A DNA stretch of 64,000 nt from Escherichia coli 042 (GTDB lineage Bacteria; Pseudomonadota; Gammaproteobacteria; Enterobacterales; Enterobacteriaceae). The position numbers and the translations under genes are program-made. Positions 43,079 through 55,652 of the stretch are shown piece after piece. The stretch lies in NCBI RefSeq assembly GCF_000027125.1, contig NC_017626.1. The stretch is one strand, 5' to 3'. The first letter of the stretch is position 1; each line of letters starts with the position of its first letter. The notes below the pieces were generated by a model that saw only the letters and a list, made by a program, of their open reading frames with translations, ran no database searches and had not been told where the DNA came from.

Positions 43079-44800
43079 GCCCTGAAGAACGTGGATCCCT
43101 GCTACGTTCAGGCTGTCGCCTGAATCATTTCGGTGGGTTCCTGCTTCAACGAGCGGCCTGACTGCACCATCTCTCCACAGGCAAGAACGGCGTGCCCCGC
43201 CGCTAAAATGTTACGAGCGCCATTTACATCGGCGTTCGCTGTATATCCACATACCTGGCATCTGAATTGACTTTGTGACAGGCGATTTTCTTTCGCAGTA
43301 TGACCACAGCACGCGCAACGCTGGCTTGTGTACGCTGGCGGAACAGCAAGCAACTGACCGCCACTCCAGAGCTGCTTGTACTCAAGCTGGCGGCGCATTT
43401 CATACCAGCCCTGATCCAGTATCGAACGGTTTAAACCTGATTTTGCCCGGACATTGCGCCCCGGCTGGCTGAGCGTACCCGCTGCTGACTTTGACATGTT
43501 GCTGACCTTCAAATCCTCAATGACTATCATTGCGTGGTTTTTGCTGACGGTCGTTGTGACTTTGTGAAGGTAGTCCCTGCGGATATTTGCGATACGGGAA
43601 TGCAGTCGCTGTATTTTGCGTTTCTGCTTCTGCCAGTTGTTGCTGAATTTGACCCTGCGGCTTAACTGTCGCTGAAGTCTCGCCAGCTTCTTCTGGTTTT
43701 TCTGAAAACTGTTTACAGGCTCAAAGACTGTGCCATCTGACAGCGTGGCGAGTTTAGCCACGCCAGCATCCAGCCCGACCATTGATGCTGAAGGGTGAAC
43801 CGGAGTTGATACTTCACTTTCTGTCTGAATACTGATGTACCACTTACCGCAGGACTGGCTGACAGTGACATTTTTTACAACACCCGTGACCTGACGGCTG
43901 TTCCGGTAGCGCATCCAGCCCAGTTTCGGCAGAAAAATACGGCTGTTTTCCTGATCGAGCTTAACGCCCTGCGGATAGCGGAATGCATCATTCTGTCCCC
44001 GCTTTTTGAATCGGGGAAAAGCAGCCCGATTCTGGAAGAAGTTTTTGTAAGCCCGCTCAAGGTCTTTCAGTGACTGTTGCAATGGCTGTGAGGGCGAATC
44101 TTTAAGCCATTGCGTTTCAGTGGCGTTTTTCCACTCAACCAGCCAGGAAGCCATTTTCCCGTAAGGGATGTATTTATTACCGGCCTCATGATTCTCATTC
44201 TGAAGCGCCAGAGCGCGATTGAAAACGAAACGACATGCGCCTGCGAAGCGCCTCATTTCACACTCCTGTTGACCACCTGGTCTTAACTGGAATTTAAATG
44301 CCTGTAATCGTTTCACAGGTCAAATGATACTTTGGTCTATGAAAAAAGAAACCGATATCCGGCGTGGAAGGCATTGTGTTTTCCTGATGCATGTTCACCT
44401 GGTCTTTGTCACCAAATACCGACGCCAGATTTTTGACCATGACGCGACAGAAAAACTACGCACTTACTTTTCAAATGTATGTGCTGATTTTGAAGCTGAA
44501 CTGGTTGAAATGGATGGCGAACCAGATCACGTCCATTTGTTAATTAACTATCCTCCCAAACTGGCGATATCCAGTCTGGTAAACAGCCTCAAAGGCGTAT
44601 CGGGTAGGTTACTGCGACGAGATCGACCAGATATTGCAGTCAGGTATTACTACAAAGGCGTTTTGTGGAGTCCTGGCTATTTTGCCAGTAGCTGCGGAGG
44701 TGCGCCAATATCCGTCATCCGCCAATACATTGAACAACAGCAAACACCTGGTCAGGTGGAAAACCGCGCCTTATATCCCCGCCCTGAAGGACGGGGTTTT
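43070..44800. mobile_element. IS200/IS605-family insertion sequence (divergent tnpA and tnpB); boundaries approximate
   Basis: Y1 (HUH) transposase plus TnpB ORFs; 14-bp near-identical motif CGCCCTGAAG[A/G]ACG in direct orientation at both ends (43078-43091 and 44780-44793), each within a hairpin. Confidence 0.7.
43108..44316 (-). CDS. tnpB: TnpB (OrfB) RuvC-like transposon-associated nuclease
   Basis: 402 aa; C-terminal zinc finger CACCGH...CQVCG and RuvC-like motifs typical of IS605 OrfB. Confidence 0.88.
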   Translation of the reverse strand: MKRLQAFKFQLRPGGQQECEMRRFAGACRFVFNRALALQNENHEAGNKYIPYGKMASWLVEWKNATETQWLKDSPSQPLQQSLKDLERAYKNFFQNRAAFPRFKKRGQNDAFRYPQGVKLDQENSRIFLPKLGWMRYRNSRQVTGVVKNVTVSQSCGKWYISIQTESEVSTPVHPSASMVGLDAGVAKLATLSDGTVFEPVNSFQKNQKKLARLQRQLSRRVKFSNNWQKQKRKIQRLHSRIANIRRDYLHKVTTTVSKNHAMIVIEDLKVSNMSKSAAGTLSQPGRNVRAKSGLNRSILDQGWYEMRRQLEYKQLWSGGQLLAVPPAYTSQRCACCGHTAKENRLSQSQFRCQVCGYTANADVNGARNILAAGHAVLACGEMVQSGRSLKQEPTEMIQATA

Positions 44801-44929
44801 ACAGCGCACTGGATAAAGTCATGGACTCAACAACCTCAATCCAGCCATGCTCACTGGCGATGTCCTGGCCGTTTAACCAACGGCGCAGCATATTCAGTGC
44901 CATCATTGCGCACACTTCCTGACGGATAG
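44324..44929 (+). CDS. tnpA: IS200-type Y1 (HUH) transposase TnpA; ORF runs about 50 codons past the expected C-terminus
   Basis: HVHLL HUH motif and catalytic Tyr region (RQYIEQQ); no stop until 44929, overlapping the yfaY 3' end. Confidence 0.75.
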   Translation: MILWSMKKETDIRRGRHCVFLMHVHLVFVTKYRRQIFDHDATEKLRTYFSNVCADFEAELVEMDGEPDHVHLLINYPPKLAISSLVNSLKGVSGRLLRRDRPDIAVRYYYKGVLWSPGYFASSCGGAPISVIRQYIEQQQTPGQVENRALYPRPEGRGFTAHWIKSWTQQPQSSHAHWRCPGRLTNGAAYSVPSLRTLPDG

Positions 44930-46007
44930 CCAGGCTGTAGCGCGTAGTGCTGAAACGCACACGCAGAGCGAAAGTGCCGTCTGGCGTGGCTAGCGCAAAG
45001 TTGAGATGTTCGTTCTCGAAACCAGAAACAGCCAGTGCCAGCCCGGCAAAATGGTTGGCCCGCCGTTCTGTAATCCAGTGCGCAGTTTGCGCCAGGGTTT
45101 CCTCCTGTGAAGGAACCACTTCACACGCCAGCAATGGAGCACCTGCGCGAGAAAGTTGCAAAGCCAATAAACCACCGGTGAATTGCTCGCTCAACGTCAG
45201 GCTGAACTGGCGGTTTTGCAATTCGCGGCTGATCTGCGAGGGCAGTCCTTCGGTACCTTCGAAAATCACGCTCTGTCCGGCAACACGTTTAACGTCCAGC
45301 CACAGTTTTTCCATCGCCTGTTTCTCGCTTGCCGGTCCGGTGAGTTTCAGTTCGATAATCGGCATAGAAGAGCGATAGCCCATTGTTACCCCCGGCGGCA
45401 GTTGCAGGGTGTCCAGGCTTTGTGCCAGATCGCTTTCCGAACGACCAAATGTAGTCAAACGCAGACAAACCGGCGGCTGCGGTAAAGAAAAACGCTCGCG
45501 CAGGCGCGGCAGGATTTCGTGCTCGACCATCACCTTAAATTCTGACGGTACGCCGGGGGTAAAGAACATCAGGCAACGATTAAGCTGCACGGCAAAACCA
45601 CAGGCGGTGCCTACCGGGTTATTGATAAATTCAGCACTGGCAGGTAGCTCCGCTTGTTTACGGTTGCTCGGTGTCATTACTCGTCCACGTTCGTGGAAAT
45701 AGCGTTCCATCTCTTTGAGCCAGGCCTCATGCAGCACCAGGCCTTCACCTTTTGCTGTTGCAGCGGCGAGTGCGCTTAAATCATCACTGGTCGGCCCCAG
45801 CCCGCCGTTAACGATCAGCACATCGGCGTGCTGACTCCGTTCGCGAAGAATGGTCACTAAGTCATCAAGGTTATCTCCCACCGTATTGCGGCGAGATAAT
45901 GGCAACCCCTGATGAAAGAAAAAATCGGCCAGCCAGGCAGCGTTAGTGTCAACGATTTGCCCGTGTAACACTTCATCCCCGGTGGATAGCATTTCCACTT
46001 TTAACAT
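44799..46007 (-). CDS. yfaY: CinA-like protein YfaY
   Basis: 402 aa; CinA N-terminal domain (MLSTGDEVLHGQIVDTNAAWLA, VNGGLGPTSDD). Confidence 0.88.
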   Translation of the reverse strand: MLKVEMLSTGDEVLHGQIVDTNAAWLADFFFHQGLPLSRRNTVGDNLDDLVTILRERSQHADVLIVNGGLGPTSDDLSALAAATAKGEGLVLHEAWLKEMERYFHERGRVMTPSNRKQAELPASAEFINNPVGTACGFAVQLNRCLMFFTPGVPSEFKVMVEHEILPRLRERFSLPQPPVCLRLTTFGRSESDLAQSLDTLQLPPGVTMGYRSSMPIIELKLTGPASEKQAMEKLWLDVKRVAGQSVIFEGTEGLPSQISRELQNRQFSLTLSEQFTGGLLALQLSRAGAPLLACEVVPSQEETLAQTAHWITERRANHFAGLALAVSGFENEHLNFALATPDGTFALRVRFSTTRYSLAIRQEVCAMMALNMLRRWLNGQDIASEHGWIEVVESMTLSSAL

Positions 46008-46106
46008 GGTTATCTCCTGCTTTTGTTATCGAATCACTATAACGCAAAGGAAGATAAGGCGTAGTAAGAAACTGAATGGCGCGACAGAATGCCGCGCCGG
46101 AAGGGA

Positions 46107-46649
46107 TCAGAAACTGGCGTTAACCCCAACATACGGGCCGTCAGCCACGGCGTTGTCGCGGTTACCGTCTTTACCAGAAAGGTTCAGGTAGCGATAGCCC
46201 GCCTCAATACTCACTGGACGCATAATGGTGTAACGCGCGCCCGCATTCGCTTCCTCATAACTTTTAATACCGCTGGAGAGCGAATCCGGAGAGTAGTAAT
46301 ACTCGCCAAACAAACGGAAGCTGTTGCCAATTTTCCACTGCAAACCACCTCCTACCGCTGCGGCATAACCTTCATCGCCGTAATTCGGGTTGGTGTAAAC
46401 GCCTTTTCCGCCAACGGTCGCCATTAACGGCCCGAGAGGCAGATTCAACCCCAGCCCCACGCCCGCGACGTCACCGTCGTCGTCGTTATGTGTCCAGTTA
46501 CCGCTTAACGCCAGGCCCGTCGATTCAGTCCCAAAACCGACACCAATATTGGTGTATTCTTTACCCGCCTGACCGCTGATGCTCATTGCATTGACCGATG
46601 CAGAAACCAACAGCATTCCGGCCAGACCTGCTAGCGCAATTTTTTTCAT
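46107..46649 (-). CDS. yfaZ: Outer-membrane beta-barrel protein YfaZ
   Basis: 180 aa from MKKIALAGLAGMLLVSASVNA signal peptide; C-terminal F. Confidence 0.85.
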   Translation of the reverse strand: MKKIALAGLAGMLLVSASVNAMSISGQAGKEYTNIGVGFGTESTGLALSGNWTHNDDDGDVAGVGLGLNLPLGPLMATVGGKGVYTNPNYGDEGYAAAVGGGLQWKIGNSFRLFGEYYYSPDSLSSGIKSYEEANAGARYTIMRPVSIEAGYRYLNLSGKDGNRDNAVADGPYVGVNASF

Positions 46650-46927
46650 TTTCCCCTCTCCCACAAGCAATAAATCAAAATTCCCAAAGCTGCGGGATTG
46701 TACTGCCTGGCACAGAGGATTCAATGAGCGAAAAAAGGGATCTAGTCACTTATTGTAACTAAATACTTCTTAAATAATTAAACGCCGAAAAAATAAACAC
46801 ACTTTACCGATACACACAAAAATAATAATAAGTGCAGTTATCATCGCAAAAGAGATTACTGTCACTTTCACATATTTCTGAGTTACCGTATTCTCATGGT
46901 TTCTTTTTATTTATAAGGAATATCCCC

Positions 46928-47353
46928 GTGCGACAACGGACTATTGTATGCCCTTTGATTCAAAATGATGGTGCTTATTTGCTGTGTAAAATGGCCGACG
47001 ATCGCGGCGTTTTCCCCGGTCAATGGGCGCTTTCGGGTGGTGGCGTGGAGCCTGGCGAACGAATTGAAGAGGCACTACGCCGCGAAATTCGCGAAGAACT
47101 GGGAGAACAGCTGCTTTTGACAGAAATCACGCCGTGGACCTTCAGCGATGATATTCGCACCAAGACGTATGCAGATGGTCGCAAGGAAGAGATTTATATG
47201 ATTTACCTGACTTTTGACTGCGTTTCTGCCAACCGAGAAGTGAAAATAAACGAAGAGTTTCAGGACTACGCGTGGGTAAAACCTGAAGATCTGGTGCATT
47301 ATGATTTGAATGTCGCCACCCGAAAAACGTTACGTTTGAAAGGTCTTCTGTAA
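46928..47353 (+). CDS. nudI: Nudix nucleoside triphosphatase NudI
   Basis: 141 aa from GTG start; Nudix box [24 protein letters not shown]. Confidence 0.88.
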   Translation: MRQRTIVCPLIQNDGAYLLCKMADDRGVFPGQWALSGGGVEPGERIEEALRREIREELGEQLLLTEITPWTFSDDIRTKTYADGRKEEIYMIYLTFDCVSANREVKINEEFQDYAWVKPEDLVHYDLNVATRKTLRLKGLL

Positions 47354-47391
47354 TAATGATGACAGCCATTACTGGCTGTCAGATTGAAAAT

Positions 47392-47994
47392 TTAGTGGTT
47401 AACGAATTCCCCATCCAGATAAACTTTGCCTTTTTCCACATGCATGACTAAACCATCCAGATAATCAGGTTTAAATGTCGCATCACGCTTATCTTTAGCA
47501 ATATATGTCAGGCAATGATTATGGGTGAAAATAACGATATTTTTATCAGGCGCTTTGCTTTGTAAGTCCTTAATTGCACTATAAATCTCATTACCGCACT
47601 GAAGAAGTCGTTTATCTACCGTCAGCTTTTTACCCGCTGAAAACCAGGTCGCCGACTGAATGGTCCGGACGGTATTACTGGAATAAAGATCGAAATCAGG
47701 GATATCAGCACTAAAAGCGTTGCCCAGTTCACGGGCATCCTGGGTACCTTTGACCGTAATACCTGTTTTATCTGACAAGCATTGATTGGTTGAACGATCG
47801 CAACGTTCAGCATGGCGAAACAAAACGACAACCGGATGCTGCTGTGCCAGTCTGGCCAGCGTTTTATTGTCGATACGTGGCAAACCATTGCTACTCCAGG
47901 CGGCATGAGTACCCAGTCCGGCAATTGCAGCGAGCGCCAGTAAAATGATGAAATATTTTTTTGACTTCAACGAAGAGCGGCAAAAAGCTAACAC
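47392..47994 (-). CDS. ais: Lipopolysaccharide core heptose(II)-phosphate phosphatase Ais (PmrG)
   Basis: Histidine-phosphatase RHAER motif; signal peptide; start chosen to give 200 aa. Confidence 0.82.
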   Translation of the reverse strand: MLAFCRSSLKSKKYFIILLALAAIAGLGTHAAWSSNGLPRIDNKTLARLAQQHPVVVLFRHAERCDRSTNQCLSDKTGITVKGTQDARELGNAFSADIPDFDLYSSNTVRTIQSATWFSAGKKLTVDKRLLQCGNEIYSAIKDLQSKAPDKNIVIFTHNHCLTYIAKDKRDATFKPDYLDGLVMHVEKGKVYLDGEFVNH

Positions 47995-48186
47995 GTAAAC
48001 TCCACCTATAGACAAGCGCAACCAGACAATTACCGTGAAATTGAGCGACATTTCTGGCGATAATTAGCAGTTGGTGTAATATTAAAAATCCTGCGATGCC
48101 GGCAAAATGCCTCAAAATTTTGCCAAATGCAAAGCCTAAATAAGAAAAAATATAAAAATTTCAATATTTACGTCTAATATTAGTTT

Positions 48187-48203
48187 CTTAAGGTTAAGTT
48201 AAT
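48187..48203 (+). promoter_or_regulatory. PmrA box upstream of arnB
   Basis: CTTAAG-GTTAA-GTTAAT matches YTTAAK-N5-YTTAAK. Confidence 0.55.
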
Positions 48204-48283
48204 ATTCTATCCTTAAAATTTTGCTCCAAATGGCAAAATATACACAACACTCTTTATAGCAAATATAAGTGGACAGGTATTCA

Positions 48284-49441
48284 ATGGCGGAAGGAAAAGC
48301 AATGTCAGAATTTTTGCCTTTTTCGCGACCAGCAATGGGCGTGGAGGAACTCGCTGCAGTTAAAGAGGTTCTCGAATCCGGTTGGATCACAACCGGTCCG
48401 AAGAATCAGGCGCTTGAACAAGCCTTTTGCCAGTTGACGGGAAATCAGCATGCCATCGCGGTCAGTTCAGCCACCGCCGGAATGCATATCACGCTAATGG
48501 CGTTGGAAATTGGCAAGGGCGATGAAGTGATTACGCCTTCCCTGACCTGGGTTTCAACCCTCAATATGATTTCCTTGTTGGGTGCAACGCCGGTAATGGT
48601 GGATGTCGACCACGATACGCTGATGGTCACGCCTGAAGCGATCGAGTCAGCCATTACGCCACGCACTAAAGCCATCATTCCGGTGCATTATGCCGGTGCG
48701 CCAGCAGATATTGACGCCATTCGCGCCATTGGCGAACGTTACGGCATCGCAGTTATCGAAGATGCTGCCCATGCCGTCGGTACGTATTACAAAGGGCGAC
48801 ATATTGGCACAAAAGGTACCGCTATTTTTTCGTTTCACGCCATCAAAAATATTACCTGTGCGGAAGGTGGCCTGATTGTTACAGATAATGAAAACCTTGC
48901 CCGCCAGCTACGGATGCTGAAATTTCACGGTCTGGGTGTCGATGCCTATGACAGACAAACCTGGGGCCGTGCACCGCAAGCTGAAGTCTTAACACCGGGC
49001 TATAAGTACAATCTGACCGATATTAACGCCGCGATTGCCCTGACACAGTTAGCAAAATTAGAGCACCTCAACACCCGTCGGCGCGAAATTGCCCAGCAAT
49101 ATCAGCAAGCACTGGCAGCTCTCCCCTTTCAGCCATTAAGCCTTCCCGCCTGGCCGCACGTTCACGCCTGGCATCTGTTTATTATTCGTGTCGATGAACA
49201 ACGTTGTGGTATCAGTCGCGATGCGTTGATGGAAGCGTTAAAAGAAAGAGGTATTGGTACCGGGTTACATTTCCGCGCCGCTCACACACAAAAATATTAT
49301 CGCGAGCGTTTTCCCACGCTGTCGTTACCGAATACCGAATGGAATAGCGAACGCATCTGTTCGTTGCCGCTGTTCCCGGATATGACCACCGCCGATGCCG
49401 ACCGCGTCATCACAGCCCTTCAGCAACTCGCAGGACAATAA
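48284..49441 (+). CDS. arnB: UDP-4-amino-4-deoxy-L-arabinose aminotransferase (alternative start 48302)
   Basis: DegT/ArnB PLP aminotransferase. Confidence 0.93.
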   Translation: MAEGKAMSEFLPFSRPAMGVEELAAVKEVLESGWITTGPKNQALEQAFCQLTGNQHAIAVSSATAGMHITLMALEIGKGDEVITPSLTWVSTLNMISLLGATPVMVDVDHDTLMVTPEAIESAITPRTKAIIPVHYAGAPADIDAIRAIGERYGIAVIEDAAHAVGTYYKGRHIGTKGTAIFSFHAIKNITCAEGGLIVTDNENLARQLRMLKFHGLGVDAYDRQTWGRAPQAEVLTPGYKYNLTDINAAIALTQLAKLEHLNTRRREIAQQYQQALAALPFQPLSLPAWPHVHAWHLFIIRVDEQRCGISRDALMEALKERGIGTGLHFRAAHTQKYYRERFPTLSLPNTEWNSERICSLPLFPDMTTADADRVITALQQLAGQ

Positions 49442-50412
<971 letters not shown>

Positions 50413-50413
<1 letters not shown>

Positions 50414-52395
50414 TGAAAACCGTCGTTTTTGCCTACCACGATATGGGATGCCTCGGTATTGAAGCCCTGCTGGCTGCCGGTTACGAAATTAGCGCCATTT
50501 TTACCCATACCGATAATCCCGGTGAAAAAGCCTTTTATGGTTCGGTGGCTCGTCTGGCGGCGGAAAGAGGCATTCCGGTTTATGCGCCGGATAACGTTAA
50601 TCATCCGCTGTGGGTGGAACGTATTGCCCAACTCTCACCAGAGGTGATTTTCTCTTTTTATTATCGCCATCTTATTTGCGACGAGATTTTGCAGCTCGCT
50701 CCCGCAGGTGCATTTAATCTGCATGGTTCGCTGTTACCAAAATATCGTGGTCGCGCGCCGCTGAACTGGGTGCTGGTGAACGGTGAAACGGAAACTGGCG
50801 TTACATTGCACCGAATGGTGAAACGTGCCGATGCCGGGGCCATTGTGGCGCAACTGCGCATTGCCATTGCGCCAGACGATATCGCCATTACGCTGCATCA
50901 TAAGTTATGTCATGCCGCGCGCCAGCTACTGGAGCAGACATTACCCACCATTAAACACGGTAATATTCTGGAAATCGCCCAGCGCGAAAACGAAGCCACC
51001 TGTTTTGGTCGCAGAACACCGGAAGACAGTTTCCTCGAATGGCATAAACCGGCATCCGTGCTGCACAACATGGTGCGTGCCGTTGCCGATCCGTGGCCGG
51101 GTGCCTTCAGCTATGTTGGTAATCAGAAATTTACCGTCTGGTCGTCACGCGTGCATTCTCATGCGCCTGCAGCACAGCCGGGGAGCGTGATTTCTGTAGC
51201 GCCACTGCTGATTGCCTGTGGCGATGGCGCGCTGGAAATCGTCACCGGACAGGCGGGCGACGGCATTACTATGCAGGGCTCGCAATTAGCGCAGACGCTG
51301 GGCCTGGTGCAAGGTTCACGCTTGAATAGCCAGCCTGCCTGCACCGCCCGACGCCGTACCCGGGTACTCATCCTCGGGGTGAATGGCTTTATTGGCAACC
51401 ATCTGACAGAACGCCTGCTGCGCGAAGATCATTATGAAGTTTACGGTCTGGATATTGGCAGCGATGCGATAAGCCGTTTTCTGAATCATCCGCATTTTCA
51501 CTTTGTCGAAGGCGATATCAGTATTCATTCCGAATGGATTGAGTATCACGTCAAAAAATGTGATGTCGTCTTGCCGCTGGTGGCGATAGCCACGCCGATT
51601 GAATATACCCGCAACCCACTGCGCGTATTTGAACTCGATTTTGAAGAGAATCTACGCATTATCCGCTACTGCGTGAAGTACCGTAAGCGAATCATCTTCC
51701 CGTCGACTTCAGAAGTTTATGGGATGTGTAGCGATAAATACTTCGATGAGGACCATTCTAATTTAATCGTCGGCCCGGTGAATAAACCACGCTGGATTTA
51801 TTCGGTGTCTAAACAATTACTTGATCGAGTGATCTGGGCCTATGGCGAAAAAGAGGGTTTACAGTTCACCCTCTTCCGCCCGTTTAACTGGATGGGGCCA
51901 CGACTGGATAACCTTAATGCAGCGCGAATTGGCAGCTCCCGCGCTATTACGCAACTCATTCTCAATCTGGTAGAAGGTTCACCGATTAAGCTGATTGATG
52001 GCGGAAAACAAAAACGCTGCTTTACTGATATTCGCGATGGTATCGAGGCGTTATACCGCATCATCGAAAATGCGGGAAATCGCTGCGACGGCGAAATTAT
52101 CAACATTGGCAATCCTGATAACGAAGCGAGCATTGAGGAACTGGGCGAGATGCTGCTGGCGAGCTTCGAAAAACATCCGCTGCGCCATCACTTCCCACCG
52201 TTTGCGGGCTTTCGCGTTGTCGAAAGTAGCAGCTACTACGGCAAAGGATATCAGGACGTAGAGCATCGTAAACCAAGCATCCGCAATGCCCGCCGCTGCC
52301 TGGACTGGGAGCCGAAAATTGATATGCAGGAAACCATCGACGAAACGCTGGATTTCTTCCTGCGCACCGTTGATCTTACGGATAAACCATCATGA
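50413..52395 (+). CDS. arnA: Bifunctional UDP-glucuronate decarboxylase / UDP-Ara4N formyltransferase
   Basis: 660 aa; N-terminal formyltransferase, C-terminal SDR ([10 protein letters not shown]). Confidence 0.95.
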
Positions 52396-53282
52396 CCAAA
52401 GTAGGCTTACGCATTGATGTCGATACCTTTCGTGGCACCCGTGAAGGCGTGCCGCGTCTGCTGGAAATCTTGAGTAAGCATAATATTCAGGCCAGCATTT
52501 TTTTCAGCGTCGGCCCGGACAATATGGGCCGCCATCTCTGGCGACTGGTGAAGCCACAGTTTTTGTGGAAGATGCTGCGCTCAAACGCGGCATCGCTTTA
52601 TGGCTGGGATATTTTACTGGCAGGTACGGCCTGGCCAGGTAAAGAGATTGGTCATGCCAATGCCGATATCATTCGTGAAGCGGCTAAACACCACGAAGTC
52701 GGCCTGCACGCCTGGGATCACCATGCCTGGCAAGCCCATAGCGGTAACTGGGATCGGCAAACAATGGTCGACGATATCGCACGCGGCCTTCGCACCCTGG
52801 AAGAAATTATCGGCCAACCGGTAACTTGCTCCGCAGCCGCTGGCTGGCGTGCCGACCAGCAGGTGATCGAAGCAAAAGAAGCGTTCCATTTGCGCTACAA
52901 CAGCGATTGTCGTGGAGCGATGCCGTTTCGTCCATTGCTCGAATCAGGAAAACCCGGTACTGCGCAAATTCCGGTGACCTTACCCACCTGGGATGAAGTG
53001 ATTGGTCGGGATGTGAAATCAGAAGATTTTAACGGTTGGTTACTCAACCGCATCCTGCGAGATAAAGGCACGCCGGTTTATACCATTCATGCAGAAGTTG
53101 AAGGCTGCGCTTATCAGCATAATTTTGTGGATCTCCTGAAACGGGCAGCCCAGGAAGGCGTGACATTTTGCCCTTTAAGCGAACTGTTATCAGGGACGTT
53201 ACCACTCGGACAAGTTGTTCGCGGAAATATTGCCGGACGTGAAGGCTGGCTGGGTTGCCAACAAATTGCGGGTAGTCGCTGA
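52392..53282 (+). CDS. arnD: Ara4FN-undecaprenyl-phosphate deformylase
   Basis: 296 aa, polysaccharide deacetylase fold; ATGA overlap with arnA. Confidence 0.92.
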   Translation: MTKVGLRIDVDTFRGTREGVPRLLEILSKHNIQASIFFSVGPDNMGRHLWRLVKPQFLWKMLRSNAASLYGWDILLAGTAWPGKEIGHANADIIREAAKHHEVGLHAWDHHAWQAHSGNWDRQTMVDDIARGLRTLEEIIGQPVTCSAAAGWRADQQVIEAKEAFHLRYNSDCRGAMPFRPLLESGKPGTAQIPVTLPTWDEVIGRDVKSEDFNGWLLNRILRDKGTPVYTIHAEVEGCAYQHNFVDLLKRAAQEGVTFCPLSELLSGTLPLGQVVRGNIAGREGWLGCQQIAGSR

Positions 53283-54934
53283 TGAAATCGGTACGTTACC
53301 TTATCGGCCTCTTCGCGTTTATTGCCTGCTATTACCTGTTACCGATCAGCACGCGTCTGCTATGGCAACCCGATGAAACGCGTTATGCGGAAATCAGTCG
53401 AGAAATGCTGGCATCCGGCGACTGGATTGTGCCCCATTTGTTAGGGTTACGTTATTTCGAAAAACCCATTGCCGGATACTGGATTAACAGCATTGGGCAA
53501 TGGCTATTTGGCGCGAATAACTTTGGTGTGCGGGCAGGCGTTATCTTTGCGACCCTGTTAACTGCCGCGCTGGTGACCTGGTTTACTCTGCGCTTATGGC
53601 GCGATAAACGTCTGGCATTACTCGCCGCAGTGATTTACCTCTCATTGTTCATTGTCTATGCCATCGGCACTTATGCCGTGCTCGATCCGTTTATTGCCTT
53701 CTGGCTGGTGGCGGGAATGTGCAGCTTCTGGCTGGCAATGCAGGCACAGACGTGGAAAGGCAAAAGCGCAGGATTTTTACTGCTGGGAATCACCTGCGGC
53801 ATGGGGGTGATGACCAAAGGTTTTCTCGCCCTTGCCGTGCCGGTATTAAGCGTGCTGCCATGGGTGGCGATGCAAAAACGCTGGAAAGATCTCTTTATTT
53901 ACGGCTGGCTGGCGGTCATCAGTTGCGTACTGACGGTTCTCCCCTGGGGACTGGCGATAGCGCAGCGGGAGCCTGACTTCTGGCACTATTTTTTCTGGGT
54001 TGAGCATATTCAACGCTTTGCACTGGATGATGCCCAACATAGAGCTCCGTTCTGGTACTACTTGCCGGTCATCATTGCCGGTAGCCTGCCGTGGCTGGGA
54101 TTACTCCCCGGAGCACTGTACGCAGGCTGGAAAAACCGCAAGCATTCCGCAACCGTCTATTTGTTGAGCTGGACGATAATGCCGCTGCTGTTTTTCTCCG
54201 TCGCTAAAGGCAAATTGCCCACCTATATTCTTTCCTGCTTTGCACCTCTGGCAATGCTGATGGCGCATTACGCTTTGCTGGCAGCAAAAAATAATCCTCT
54301 GGCGTTGCGGATTAATGGCTGGATTAACATCGCTTTTGGCGTCACTGGCATTATTGCTACGTTTGTGGTCTCCCCCTGGGGACCTATGAGCACGCCGGTG
54401 TGGCAAACCTTCGAGAGCTATAAAGTCTTCTGTGCATGGTCGATTTTTTCGCTATGGGCATTTTTCGGCTGGTACACCTTAACAAACGTCGAAAAGACCT
54501 GGTATTTTGCCGCACTTTGCCCGCTGGGGCTGGCGTTGCTGGTAGGATTTTCAATTCCTGACAGAGTCATGGAAGGAAAACATCCGCAATTTTTTGTCGA
54601 GATGACACAAGAATCACTGCAGCCAAGCCGCTATATTCTTACTGACAGCGTGGGCGTTGCCGCAGGTCTGGCATGGAGCCTGCAACGCGATGACATCATC
54701 ATGTATCGTCAGACAGGTGAGTTGAAATACGGCCTTAATTATCCGGATGCGAAAGGGAAATTTGTCAGCGGTGATGAGTTTGCAAACTGGCTTAATCAAC
54801 ATCGTCAGGAGGGGATTATTACACTCGTGCTTTCGGTTGACCGCGATGAAGATATCAACAGTCTCGCCATTCCGCCCGCAGATGCCATCGATCGTCAGGA
54901 GCGTCTGGTGCTGATTCAGTATCGGCCCAAATGA
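53282..54934 (+). CDS. arnT: Undecaprenyl-phosphate-Ara4N:lipid A arabinosyltransferase
   Basis: 550-aa polytopic GT83 enzyme. Confidence 0.95.
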   Translation: MKSVRYLIGLFAFIACYYLLPISTRLLWQPDETRYAEISREMLASGDWIVPHLLGLRYFEKPIAGYWINSIGQWLFGANNFGVRAGVIFATLLTAALVTWFTLRLWRDKRLALLAAVIYLSLFIVYAIGTYAVLDPFIAFWLVAGMCSFWLAMQAQTWKGKSAGFLLLGITCGMGVMTKGFLALAVPVLSVLPWVAMQKRWKDLFIYGWLAVISCVLTVLPWGLAIAQREPDFWHYFFWVEHIQRFALDDAQHRAPFWYYLPVIIAGSLPWLGLLPGALYAGWKNRKHSATVYLLSWTIMPLLFFSVAKGKLPTYILSCFAPLAMLMAHYALLAAKNNPLALRINGWINIAFGVTGIIATFVVSPWGPMSTPVWQTFESYKVFCAWSIFSLWAFFGWYTLTNVEKTWYFAALCPLGLALLVGFSIPDRVMEGKHPQFFVEMTQESLQPSRYILTDSVGVAAGLAWSLQRDDIIMYRQTGELKYGLNYPDAKGKFVSGDEFANWLNQHRQEGIITLVLSVDRDEDINSLAIPPADAIDRQERLVLIQYRPK

Positions 54935-55266
54935 TCTGGCTAACATTAGTCTTTGCCAGCTTGCTTAGCGTTGCCGGGCAGTTGTGTCAGAAACAAGCAA
55001 CCTGCTTTGTGGCGATAAACATACGGCGCAAACATATCGTGCAGTGGCTGGGACTGGCGCTGGCTTGTCTTGGCCTTGCCATGGTGCTCTGGCTGCTGGT
55101 CTTGCAGAACGTACCGGTAGGCATTGCCTACCCGATGTTAAGTCTGAATTTTGTCTGGGTGACGCTGGCTGCAGTAAAACTGTGGCACGAGCCGGTATCA
55201 CTGCGTCACTGGTGTGGGGTGGCGTTCATTATTGGCGGCATTGTGATCCTCGGGAGTACGGTGTAA
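54931..55266 (+). CDS. arnE: Ara4N-undecaprenyl-phosphate flippase subunit ArnE
   Basis: 111-aa SMR-like 4-TM protein. Confidence 0.9.
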   Translation: MIWLTLVFASLLSVAGQLCQKQATCFVAINIRRKHIVQWLGLALACLGLAMVLWLLVLQNVPVGIAYPMLSLNFVWVTLAAVKLWHEPVSLRHWCGVAFIIGGIVILGSTV

Positions 55267-55652
55267 TGGGCCTGATGTGGGGATTATTCAGCGTCATTAT
55301 TGCCTCAGCTGCGCAATTAAGCCTGGGTTATGCGGCGAGTCATCTACCGCCGATGACGCACTTATGGGATTTTATCGCGGCGCTGTTAGCTTTTGGCCTG
55401 GATGCCCGGATACTGTTACTCGGGCTGCTGGGTTATCTGCTTTCCGTTTTTTGTTGGTATAAAACGCTACATAAACTTGCGTTAAGCAAAGCCTATGCCT
55501 TGCTCAGTATGAGCTATGTGCTGGTATGGATTGCATCAATGATACTTCCCGGCTGGGAAGGAACTTTTTCGCTGAAGGCACTACTGGGAGTTGCTTGTAT
55601 TATGAGCGGGTTGATGTTGATTTTCCTGCCCACGACAAAACAACGTTACTGA
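55266..55652 (+). CDS. arnF: Ara4N-undecaprenyl-phosphate flippase subunit ArnF
   Basis: 128 aa from [10 protein letters not shown]; start overlaps arnE stop. Confidence 0.9.
   Translation: MGLMWGLFSVIIASAAQLSLGYAASHLPPMTHLWDFIAALLAFGLDARILLLGLLGYLLSVFCWYKTLHKLALSKAYALLSMSYVLVWIASMILPGWEGTFSLKALLGVACIMSGLMLIFLPTTKQRY

Noticed and set aside
44634-44816. 60-aa plus-strand ORF at the IS/yfaY junction
   Set aside because: Lies within the tnpA extension and IS end region in another frame; no support as a gene.
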